Shown here one piece after another: positions 56,483-64,000 of a stretch of DNA of 64,000 nt (its first letter is position 1; each line of letters opens with the position of its first letter). The notes under the pieces were generated by a model. That model had not been told where the DNA came from, did not search any database, and saw only the letters and a list, made by a program, of their open reading frames with translations. Source of the DNA: Desulfosudaceae bacterium (GTDB lineage Bacteria; Desulfobacterota; Desulfobacteria; Desulfobacterales; Desulfosudaceae); contig CAXXDV010000001.1 of assembly GCA_963674745.2 (NCBI GenBank), positions 1,216,001-1,280,000 on the forward strand, given 5' to 3'. The translations under genes were made by a program, and so were the position numbers.

Positions 56483-57739
56483 ATGACCATTGAAAAGATG
56501 ATTGTCACTATGGCAAAAGATGCCCGTAAGGCGGCGGCACATATGGCGAAATGTCCGACCGGGCAAAAAAACGAGGCGCTTAAAAATATCGCCCGCCAGC
56601 TGGAAAAAGACACGGACCGTATCAGGAAAGAAAATGAAAAAGACCTTAAAAAGGCTGAACAGAACGGTCTTTCGGCGGCCATGATCGACCGCCTGACGGT
56701 CAACGACAACACCATTGCTTCCATGGCCACGGGTATGCTCGAAGTCGCCGCCCTGGAAGATCCGGTCGGCTTAAAAGGTGCCACCTGGCGAAGACCGAAC
56801 GGACTGGAAGTGGCTAAAATGCGTATTCCCCTCGGTGTCATCGGGATCATCTATGAATCCAGACCCAATGTCACGGTTGACGCGGCCGGGCTATGCCTTA
56901 AAGCCGGAAATGCGGTAATTCTTCGCGGCGGATCGGAAGCGCTGCACTCCAACCAGGCGCTGGCGACAAGCATCAGGCAGGCGCTTTCAGCGGCCAACCT
57001 GCCCGAAAAGGCGGTTCAGGTTGTTCCTTTGACGGACCGGGAAGCGGTTACCTGTCTTCTGGCACAGGAAGAGCATATCGACCTGATCATACCCCGGGGC
57101 GGAGAAGGACTCATACGATATGTCGTTCAACACTCCTCGATCCCGGTTCTTAAACACTACAAAGGTGTCTGCCATGTTTATGTTGATGAAAATGCCGACC
57201 TGGAAATGGCCAAAGCCATCTGCTTCAACGCCAAAGTCCAGCGTCCGGGCGTTTGCAACGCCATGGAAACCATGCTGGTCCACAAGCAGATCGCTGACGC
57301 TTTCCTCCCGGCCATGGCAGAACAGTTTCTCTCGGCAGGCGTTGTTCTCAAGGGATGTCCTGAAACACAAAAACGGGTGACACAGGCCCAGGCGGCCTCT
57401 GAAGAAGACTGGTACGCCGAATACCTGGATCTGACCCTGGCGGTGAAGGTGGTCGACACAATGGATGACGCCCTGGCCCACATTGCCCGATACGGTTCAT
57501 CCCATACAGAAGCCATTGTTACCAAAGACTATAGCCGGGCCCAGCGCTTTTTAAAAGAAGCGGACGCCTCTGTTGTCCTGGTCAACGCCTCAACCCGGTT
57601 TAATGACGGCGGTCAATTGGGGTTGGGCGCGGAAATCGGCATCAGCACATCAAAGCTCCACGCTTTCGGACCAATGGGTGTGGAAGAGCTGACAACGGCC
57701 AAGTTTGTTGTTCTAGGTGATGGACAGATAAGAGCGTAA
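56483..57739 (+). CDS. proA: Gamma-glutamyl phosphate reductase
   Basis: [39 protein letters not shown]. Confidence 0.97.
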   Translation: MTIEKMIVTMAKDARKAAAHMAKCPTGQKNEALKNIARQLEKDTDRIRKENEKDLKKAEQNGLSAAMIDRLTVNDNTIASMATGMLEVAALEDPVGLKGATWRRPNGLEVAKMRIPLGVIGIIYESRPNVTVDAAGLCLKAGNAVILRGGSEALHSNQALATSIRQALSAANLPEKAVQVVPLTDREAVTCLLAQEEHIDLIIPRGGEGLIRYVVQHSSIPVLKHYKGVCHVYVDENADLEMAKAICFNAKVQRPGVCNAMETMLVHKQIADAFLPAMAEQFLSAGVVLKGCPETQKRVTQAQAASEEDWYAEYLDLTLAVKVVDTMDDALAHIARYGSSHTEAIVTKDYSRAQRFLKEADASVVLVNASTRFNDGGQLGLGAEIGISTSKLHAFGPMGVEELTTAKFVVLGDGQIRA

Positions 57740-57748
57740 AGGCAATCA

Positions 57749-58402
57749 ATGAAAGCAGGGCTTTTCGGTGGGACGTTTAATCCGGTTCATTCCGGACATG
57801 TTTTGATTATGTCCGATATAATTGATGCTTATTCTTTGGATAGCGTCATCATCGTCCCTGCTGCCGTGCCGCCCCATAAACCGGCTGATTATATGGCAGA
57901 TATAAACCTGCGTCTGGAAATGACGCGTCTGGCCTTTGCCGGTTTGCCGCGATGCCGGGTGTCCGATATAGAGGCAAAACGCGGTGGCAGGTCTTATACC
58001 ATTGATACGGTTCACTATTTTTTAAAAAACCTGTCGTCGGAGCCGGAGCTTTTTTTTATTGTCGGCCTGGACGCTTTTCTGGAGCTGGATACCTGGAAAG
58101 ACTACATGGCGTTGCTTAAAACCATACCCTTTATCGTGATTAATCGCCCGCTGACCGATGGTGCGGGGCAGCAGGCACTGGCTTCTTTTCTGACCTCAAA
58201 AATTTCCCCCGGATACGTATTTTCTCCTCAACGAGATGTTTTTGTTGATGATAGGTTTATGCCCGTCTTTTTTCATAAAACGCCGGCCATTGATATTTCT
58301 TCCACGCAAATAAGAGAACGGCTGAAAACAGGCCGCCCGGTACAAGACATGCTACCCGATGATGTTGAACAATTTATTAAAGAAAGAGGCATCTATCAAT
58401 GA
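57749..58402 (+). CDS. nadD: Nicotinate-nucleotide adenylyltransferase
   Basis: GGTFNPVHSGH, PPHK, SYTIDT, ISSTQIR. Confidence 0.96.
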   Translation: MKAGLFGGTFNPVHSGHVLIMSDIIDAYSLDSVIIVPAAVPPHKPADYMADINLRLEMTRLAFAGLPRCRVSDIEAKRGGRSYTIDTVHYFLKNLSSEPELFFIVGLDAFLELDTWKDYMALLKTIPFIVINRPLTDGAGQQALASFLTSKISPGYVFSPQRDVFVDDRFMPVFFHKTPAIDISSTQIRERLKTGRPVQDMLPDDVEQFIKERGIYQ

Positions 58403-58761
58403 CAACCGACATTGTTGCCGCGTTTGAAACGTATCTCTCGGCAATTACGGAAAAAAAAGCCCAGGATGTGGTGTTGCTTGACGTGCGGGGGCTGACGTCC
58501 ATCGCCGACGCCTTCATTCTCTGCTGTGGAAATTCCAACCGCCAGGTTTCCGCCCTTGCGGATCATATTATAAAAACCTTAAAAAAACAGGGGGTCAGAC
58601 CGCTTTCTGTCGAGGGTTTAAGGGAGGGGCGCTGGGTTCTTATTGATTATGGATCCGTTATCATTCATGTTTTTTACGAATCCGTGCGGACTTTTTACGA
58701 TATAGAAGGTCTCTGGTCGGATGCCGTGCGAATCGATATTTCAACTGAAGAAACAACATAA
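58399..58761 (+). CDS. rsfS: Ribosome silencing factor
   Basis: KKAQDV, WVLIDYG, RTFYDIEGLW. Confidence 0.96.
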   Translation: MTTDIVAAFETYLSAITEKKAQDVVLLDVRGLTSIADAFILCCGNSNRQVSALADHIIKTLKKQGVRPLSVEGLREGRWVLIDYGSVIIHVFYESVRTFYDIEGLWSDAVRIDISTEETT

Positions 58762-58778
58762 AAGGAGACAACCGGCTT

Positions 58779-60320
58779 ATGTTAAAAACCAAACGGCCCT
58801 GCCTGCTGATGATTCTTGACGGCTGGGGAATAAGCCCCGAGCTGAAGGGAAACGCTGTGGCCGCCGCCGACACACCGCATATAGACCGTTTATTTGCCGA
58901 GTATGCCCACACAACGCTTCGTTGTTCAGGCGAGGCCGTCGGCCTGCCCGAGGGATACATGGGCAATTCTGAGGTCGGCCATCTGAATATCGGTGCCGGA
59001 AGGGTGGTCTATCAAGACCTGATGCGTATCAACCTTTCCATCAGAGACGGTTCGTTCTTTAATAACCGGATATTCGCCTCGGTCATGGACTCGGTAAAAG
59101 CCCGGAAGGCCGCCCTCCACCTGATGGGTCTGGTTTCCGACGGTGGTGTTCACAGTCATGTCGATCACCTGCAGGCCCTGGTAGAAATGGCTGCGGAACG
59201 CGACATAACGGTTTTTATTCATGCCATTTTAGACGGCCGGGACACCCCTCCGGACAGTGGAAAAGCCTATGTCTCTGATCTTGAAAACTTCCTGTCAACA
59301 TATACCAATGCCCGAATCGCAACCATCTGTGGCCGTTATTATGCCATGGATCGGGATACGCGCTGGGATAGAACTGAAAAGGCTTACCGGTTATATACCG
59401 AAGGCGTGGGAATTGCCGAAACAAACCCCGTTGCCGCGGTTGAAAACGCTTACAACAGGGGAGAAACCGACGAGTTTGTGGTTCCGGTAGCAATATGTGA
59501 TGATAACGGTGCGCCTTCCGGCGTGCTTTCAGAAAATGACGGCCTGATTTTTTTCAATTTTCGCTCTGATCGGGCCCGGCAGATTGTTCGCGCTTTTTCG
59601 GAAAAGGATTTTACATCTTTTTCCAGACCTGTCATTCCACGACTTTGCGACATCGTCTGTATGACCGAATATGATAAATCCCTGGCTCTTCCGGTTGCTT
59701 TTCCGCCAGCTTATCTTACCCATATCCTGGGTGAAACCCTGGCGGGCCAGGGGTATTCCCAGTTGAGAATCGCCGAAACCGAAAAATACGCCCATGTTAC
59801 CTATTTTTTTAATGGGGGTGTCGAATCACCCTTCGATCGGGAAGAACGCATACTGATTCCCTCCCCCCGGGATGTGGCGACCTATGATCTGAAACCGGAA
59901 ATGAGCGCGGCCGGTGTGGCCGAGGCCCTGATTCAGAAAATAAAACAAAAGGATCACGACCTGATGGTGGTCAACTTTGCGAACCTGGACATGGTCGGGC
60001 ATACCGGGGTGTTTGAGGCAGCTGTGTCCGCCTGTCAGACCGTAGACCGGTGTGTGGGTGCGGTAATAAAGGAACTTTTATCTCTTGACGGTTTTGCCCT
60101 GATCACCGCCGACCATGGAAATGCCGAGCAGATGATGGACATAAACGGTTCACCGCACACAGCGCACACGACAAACCCGGTGCCCTTGATTCTGGTTGAT
60201 GACAAGCGAAAAAAAACCGACATGAGGGAGGGAAAGCTGGGTGACATCGCACCGACTATTTTAAACCTCATGGAACTGGTACCCCCGGCTGAAATGACGG
60301 GTATTTCGTTGCTCGGTTAA
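58779..60320 (+). CDS. gpmI: 2,3-bisphosphoglycerate-independent phosphoglycerate mutase
   Basis: ILDGWG, MGNSEVGH, GRYYAMDRD, ETEKYAHVT, DMVGHTG, TADHGN. Confidence 0.97.
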   Translation: MLKTKRPCLLMILDGWGISPELKGNAVAAADTPHIDRLFAEYAHTTLRCSGEAVGLPEGYMGNSEVGHLNIGAGRVVYQDLMRINLSIRDGSFFNNRIFASVMDSVKARKAALHLMGLVSDGGVHSHVDHLQALVEMAAERDITVFIHAILDGRDTPPDSGKAYVSDLENFLSTYTNARIATICGRYYAMDRDTRWDRTEKAYRLYTEGVGIAETNPVAAVENAYNRGETDEFVVPVAICDDNGAPSGVLSENDGLIFFNFRSDRARQIVRAFSEKDFTSFSRPVIPRLCDIVCMTEYDKSLALPVAFPPAYLTHILGETLAGQGYSQLRIAETEKYAHVTYFFNGGVESPFDREERILIPSPRDVATYDLKPEMSAAGVAEALIQKIKQKDHDLMVVNFANLDMVGHTGVFEAAVSACQTVDRCVGAVIKELLSLDGFALITADHGNAEQMMDINGSPHTAHTTNPVPLILVDDKRKKTDMREGKLGDIAPTILNLMELVPPAEMTGISLLG

Positions 60321-60400
60321 TTGCGCCCGGAGCCTGACCGGCCGTTAACAGTCCGGAAGTACAGGACAATAAAAGTATTTTCCCGACAGATCAAAGTGGT

Positions 60401-61075
60401 TTAAGTTGACACCTCTTTACCACAGTGCTTGCAAACTTTTGCTCTTTTTTTAATTATTTCAGCACAATAAGGACACTCGGTGGTAAAATGCCGTTCGTGG
60501 ATCTTTTGGATGGCCGCCTTGACGGTCGTGTCAATTTTTTCATTTCCGCTGATAAAGCCGCGCAAGGGCTCGATCGCTTCCAGATCTCCGATATCACCCA
60601 TCATTTCACCCGCTTTCAACCGCACCCGGGCCGGTGCCGTCACATCAAGCAAGAGCCTCAAGACTTCAATCCACCGGTTTTCCGTGTAAAGTTCAGCCAA
60701 CATCAAAAAGCCCTGTTTGGTGGCTTCTTTGATTCGCTCTTCTTCGGCCAGCACCTCGTCCGTAACAATCTGCCCGGTACCGCCCTGTGAACTGAAAACC
60801 GGCATGCATTCGAATCTTCCGGAGTCCGGATAGCAGATGTTTCGATAGGATGCCGAATGCCCAAAAGAGCCGCCGATATGATCCCACCCCTGCTTGAACG
60901 TCGGGCAGTCTTCATTAAAGCAGACATACAGATAAGGAACGCCCCAGCCCAGCCCGTCACCGAATGACATCGGCGGGACCTCCCAGATTTGCATCTCCTG
61001 ATTACAGCCCGGACATTTTGGTTTTTCCTGTTCCATCATTTTTTCCAGGAACTGTTCTTTGGTTTGAGTTGCCAT
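60401..61075 (-). CDS. Zinc-ribbon/HEAT-like conserved protein
   Basis: CPGC, C-terminal CPYC...CKHC, HEAT-like segment; AAAGG RBS. Confidence 0.8.
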   Translation of the reverse strand: MATQTKEQFLEKMMEQEKPKCPGCNQEMQIWEVPPMSFGDGLGWGVPYLYVCFNEDCPTFKQGWDHIGGSFGHSASYRNICYPDSGRFECMPVFSSQGGTGQIVTDEVLAEEERIKEATKQGFLMLAELYTENRWIEVLRLLLDVTAPARVRLKAGEMMGDIGDLEAIEPLRGFISGNEKIDTTVKAAIQKIHERHFTTECPYCAEIIKKRAKVCKHCGKEVST

Positions 61076-61079
61076 ATGA

Positions 61080-61880
61080 TTAACCTTTCTTAAGCAGAAC
61101 CATTGCGCACCAACCGTTTTCTGAAAACGTCGAAAGACAGTCAAATGCTTTTGTATACACCGACAGAAGGTTGTCGCACTCTTCTACTTTTGCACCGGAA
61201 AGAACCGCCAGACCGTTCTGCTTTGTTTTATCGGATATCTGTTTTGCGTATCTTATCAGCGTCGGTGGCCTCATGTTGCCTATTATTAAATTAAATCGTT
61301 CTGCTATTTTGTCAACGGGCTCATTGCAAACCGAAATCCGGTTTTGCAGATCATTTGCAATAATATTTTCCCGCGCCTCTTTTCTGGCGCAAGGGTCTAT
61401 GTCGATTGCCAGAACCCGCTTTATACCCAGAACCGCTGCGGTTATAGCAAGAATACCCGAACCGGTGCCGATGTCCAGCGCTGTTTTTTCACCCGGTTCC
61501 GATATGTTTTTCGACAAAACGGTATCAATGACGCGAACGGAAAGCCGCGTTGTCGGATGGCGGCAGTCTCCAAAAGCGGCTCCCGGCAGAATCTTTACCA
61601 GCGACAGCCCGTCTGGAAGGGGTGTCTTGTTTTGATGGGTCGCAAGCAGGATTCGCTCGGACAGGCGCACGCCGGTGGTATAATCTTTCTCCAGAAAGCT
61701 CTGACCACTGTCATAGACATATCGAAAATAACCGTCATTCACCAGCCGATGAAGGAACCCCACGGCCTGTCGCATCTTTAAACCGTTTTTACGCGCCAGC
61801 AGCCGGGTGGCCTGATGACAGGAAACCCTGGTGGGCGTTTCTTCCAGCAGCCTGGAAATATCCTCTATTATTTTTTCCAA
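61080..61880 (-). CDS. prmA: PrmA-like (L11) methyltransferase
   Basis: PGAAFGDCRHPTT, LDIGTGSGIL, DIDP, LSG; atypical N-terminus. Confidence 0.75.
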   Translation of the reverse strand: MEKIIEDISRLLEETPTRVSCHQATRLLARKNGLKMRQAVGFLHRLVNDGYFRYVYDSGQSFLEKDYTTGVRLSERILLATHQNKTPLPDGLSLVKILPGAAFGDCRHPTTRLSVRVIDTVLSKNISEPGEKTALDIGTGSGILAITAAVLGIKRVLAIDIDPCARKEARENIIANDLQNRISVCNEPVDKIAERFNLIIGNMRPPTLIRYAKQISDKTKQNGLAVLSGAKVEECDNLLSVYTKAFDCLSTFSENGWCAMVLLKKG

Positions 61881-61955
61881 GGAAAACCAACCCGTTTAAA
61901 AGCACCTGTTATCCGGTAAAACGTTTCAATCCGAAGAAAACAAAACATCGCCGGT

Positions 61956-62309
61956 TTAACGAAACTCAACTCCTTCCTTATCCAGAAGCGCTTTATACCA
62001 GCAGGAAAAGTCAAACATGGCTAAAAAACGATCTTCATTGTTGATCAGCCCCAGGCTCATTTCAACCAATCCCCGCCGGTACTGACCACTGATTTTTTCA
62101 TCACCCCGGGTTTGCAGAAACTCCTTTGTCAAGGTGTGGCTGGTTCTCTGTGTAACGTCTTTTCGTATATCGATGGGATCTTTTGGCGGCTCAAATGGAT
62201 TCCAATCCTCGTACCCTTTCTTCAGAATCCGCTTCTGGCCCCGTTCAGACATGCTTTCAAAAATGGCACGCTTCTGGTTTTCATCTGCTGACATACCGTT
62301 TTCTGTCAT
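61956..62309 (-). CDS. Conserved hypothetical protein
   Basis: AAGGAG RBS; co-oriented in the operon. Confidence 0.75.
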   Translation of the reverse strand: MTENGMSADENQKRAIFESMSERGQKRILKKGYEDWNPFEPPKDPIDIRKDVTQRTSHTLTKEFLQTRGDEKISGQYRRGLVEMSLGLINNEDRFLAMFDFSCWYKALLDKEGVEFR

Positions 62310-62323
62310 CTGAACACTCCTTT

Positions 62324-63016
62324 TTATGTTTGATCCTTTTTTTCGTCTTTATCTTTCTCATCTTCCTTTTCATCAGAAAAACCGAAATAAGCGTCATTAT
62401 AGTCTGTCAAAATGGCCATGGACACCGGAACCAGCAGGCCATCCATGTTTTTGTAAGGCGTTTGGATGGCTTCTACAATTTCAGCGGAAATCCGGTTTAA
62501 CTGATCAAAAAGCTTGTCCATGTTTACCACCGGGTATTTTTCACCTTCTATAAAGCCGCTTTTCCCGCAGGTATGACTCATCCCCTGTATCAAGGTCGGA
62601 ATACCGTAAACCCGGCAGGTAATCGGTCTGTCGGCGTATAAAGAACACATCTCCCTTTCGTTGAGCAGCGGACAACGTATTCTTTCCCGACCCATTTTAT
62701 ATAAAAGTTCCACTTCATTTGATCGGTCTTCCTTGAGCTCTTTGGAAGCCTGTTTTTTCAGCTTGAACACGGCCCGGTCAGCCTTGTTGGCCTTTTCCAT
62801 GAGCTCCGAATCTGCGCCAAAAGCATCCCTGGCCTTTTGGTTCAAGTACAGGGCCTCAACCAGAGAAAGATCAAACAGCGCGTAACAGCAGTCGGTACAC
62901 CCTTTTTTACAGTTAACGCAGGCCGGATACGCCGCTTTAACTTTTTCAACGATCTGGTCTATCTGTTCAACCAGGGCTTCATATTTTTTAAAATACGGGG
63001 AAAAATCAAAATCCAT
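62324..63016 (-). CDS. YkgJ-family cysteine-cluster protein
   Basis: CKKGCTDCC, CPLL, CSLYADRPITCRVYG. Confidence 0.88.
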   Translation of the reverse strand: MDFDFSPYFKKYEALVEQIDQIVEKVKAAYPACVNCKKGCTDCCYALFDLSLVEALYLNQKARDAFGADSELMEKANKADRAVFKLKKQASKELKEDRSNEVELLYKMGRERIRCPLLNEREMCSLYADRPITCRVYGIPTLIQGMSHTCGKSGFIEGEKYPVVNMDKLFDQLNRISAEIVEAIQTPYKNMDGLLVPVSMAILTDYNDAYFGFSDEKEDEKDKDEKKDQT

Positions 63017-63047
63017 AATATGTCCTCACCTTCTGTGTTTTTATTAA

Positions 63048-63063
63048 TGTTTCACGTGAAACA
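63048..63063. promoter_or_regulatory. parS: parS centromere-like site
   Basis: Perfect TGTTTCACGTGAAACA palindrome, intergenic, just downstream of mnmE. Confidence 0.9.
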
Positions 63064-63066
63064 TTT

Positions 63067-64000
63067 TTACTTTCCGATACAAAACCGGCTGAAAATATCA
63101 TCCAGGACATCCATTCCGGCACAATGACCGACGATCTCATTAAGCGCTTTGATGGCATCTCTCAAATCAATCGCGACCAAATCCTCGGGAAGATTGCGGG
63201 TTATGGCGTCCATTGCAGACATTACGGCTTCAAGCGCCTTTTTCAGGGCGGCCCGGTGTCGAATGTTCGGCAGCAGCGAATCCTCTTCAACCATTGTCAG
63301 GCGGCTTTTAAGCCGATTGACCATTAACGCCTTAAGATTGGAGACGCCCTCACCTGTCAGCGCCGAAATCTTAACAGCCGGAAACCGTTCCTGCAACTCG
63401 GAATCAAAATCAAAGCCGTCCGTCTGACAAAGATCTGTTTTGTTACCGACAAGAATCAGGTTGTCCGGCGGAACCGATGCCATCATCTCCAGGTCTTCGG
63501 TAGAAACACCAACCGTGGCATCAACCAGATATACCACCGTGTCCGCTTTTGAGGCAACGTCCTTCGTCCGTTGCATACCGGCTTCTTCCAACACGTCTTT
63601 TTTTTCGATTCCAAGACCGGCCGTATCCGTAAAAACAAAACCATAACCTTCGATCGTCAGCGTTTCTTCTATAAAGTCCCTGGTCGTACCCGGAATGGCG
63701 GAAACAATCGCCCGCTCCCGCCCCAAAAGCGTATTCAGAAGGGTTGATTTGCCGGCGTTGGGAGCACCAATCAGAGCAACCTTAACACCCGTCCGGATCC
63801 AGGCATAGTCTTGATGGCGCTCGATTAACTGCTCCAGTCGAGGAACAACAACAGAACGAAGCCGGTTTTGAACCGCTTCTAAAAAAACCGGTTCCAGGTT
63901 CTGGTCCGAAAAGTCGATTGAGGCTTCGATTTCCGCAAGTATGCCGGAAAGATGTTCTTTTATGGTATCGATTTCCACGTTCATCTTTCCGGCTATCTGG
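63067..64000 (-). CDS. mnmE: tRNA modification GTPase MnmE (5' part outside window)
   Basis: GAPNAGKST, PGTTRD, DTAG, NKTD, terminal FSRFCIGK. Confidence 0.97.
   Translation of the reverse strand, partial: QIAGKMNVEIDTIKEHLSGILAEIEASIDFSDQNLEPVFLEAVQNRLRSVVVPRLEQLIERHQDYAWIRTGVKVALIGAPNAGKSTLLNTLLGRERAIVSAIPGTTRDFIEETLTIEGYGFVFTDTAGLGIEKKDVLEEAGMQRTKDVASKADTVVYLVDATVGVSTEDLEMMASVPPDNLILVGNKTDLCQTDGFDFDSELQERFPAVKISALTGEGVSNLKALMVNRLKSRLTMVEEDSLLPNIRHRAALKKALEAVMSAMDAITRNLPEDLVAIDLRDAIKALNEIVGHCAGMDVLDDIFSRFCIGK

Noticed and set aside
42243..64000. Many overlapping or antisense ORFs (e.g. 42892-43590, 45798-46508, 53646-54185, 55215-56090)
   Set aside because: Shadow frames of well-supported genes with no recognisable motifs
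1..64000. CRISPR array, rRNA, integrase, conjugation or phage structural genes
   Set aside because: No regularly spaced repeats or diagnostic motifs seen in this window

Overview
The window has two parts. Positions 1-~45076 are the right-hand end of integrated mobile DNA at a tRNA-Ala(GGC) locus. Two copies of the tRNA 3' half (41971-42018 and 45032-45076), each preceded by a homologous arm carrying TGTGTGTGAA repeats, delimit a >42-kb island (integrase and left end lie outside the window) and a 3-kb integrase-less mini-island. Positions ~45150-64000 are core chromosome, probably of a Desulfobacterota-type bacterium (inference from gene content): ispH, plsY, a fatty-acid activation operon with TetR, rplU-rpmA-obgE-proB-proA-nadD-rsfS-gpmI, prmA-like, mnmE and a perfect parS. 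The large island has a backbone (UvrD, BglII-fold protein, DUF932, RadC/JAB) and four cargo modules. (i) A five-gene minus-strand operon: a repeat-built secreted peptide, a CsgG/HfaB-like lipoprotein, a second secreted protein with the same N-x-G-x-I motif, an OmpA-like lipoprotein and a trypsin-like protease. This is the best candidate for an undescribed system (a curli/Fap-analogous surface fibre). (ii) An AT-rich ABC transporter followed by a very divergent His-kinase/receiver/sigma54-activator cascade. (iii) A vWA + two tubulin-like + MCE operon. (iv) A nucleotide-hydrolase cluster including a DnaE derivative that lacks the polymerase active site. All family calls come from motif recognition by eye; no searches were run.
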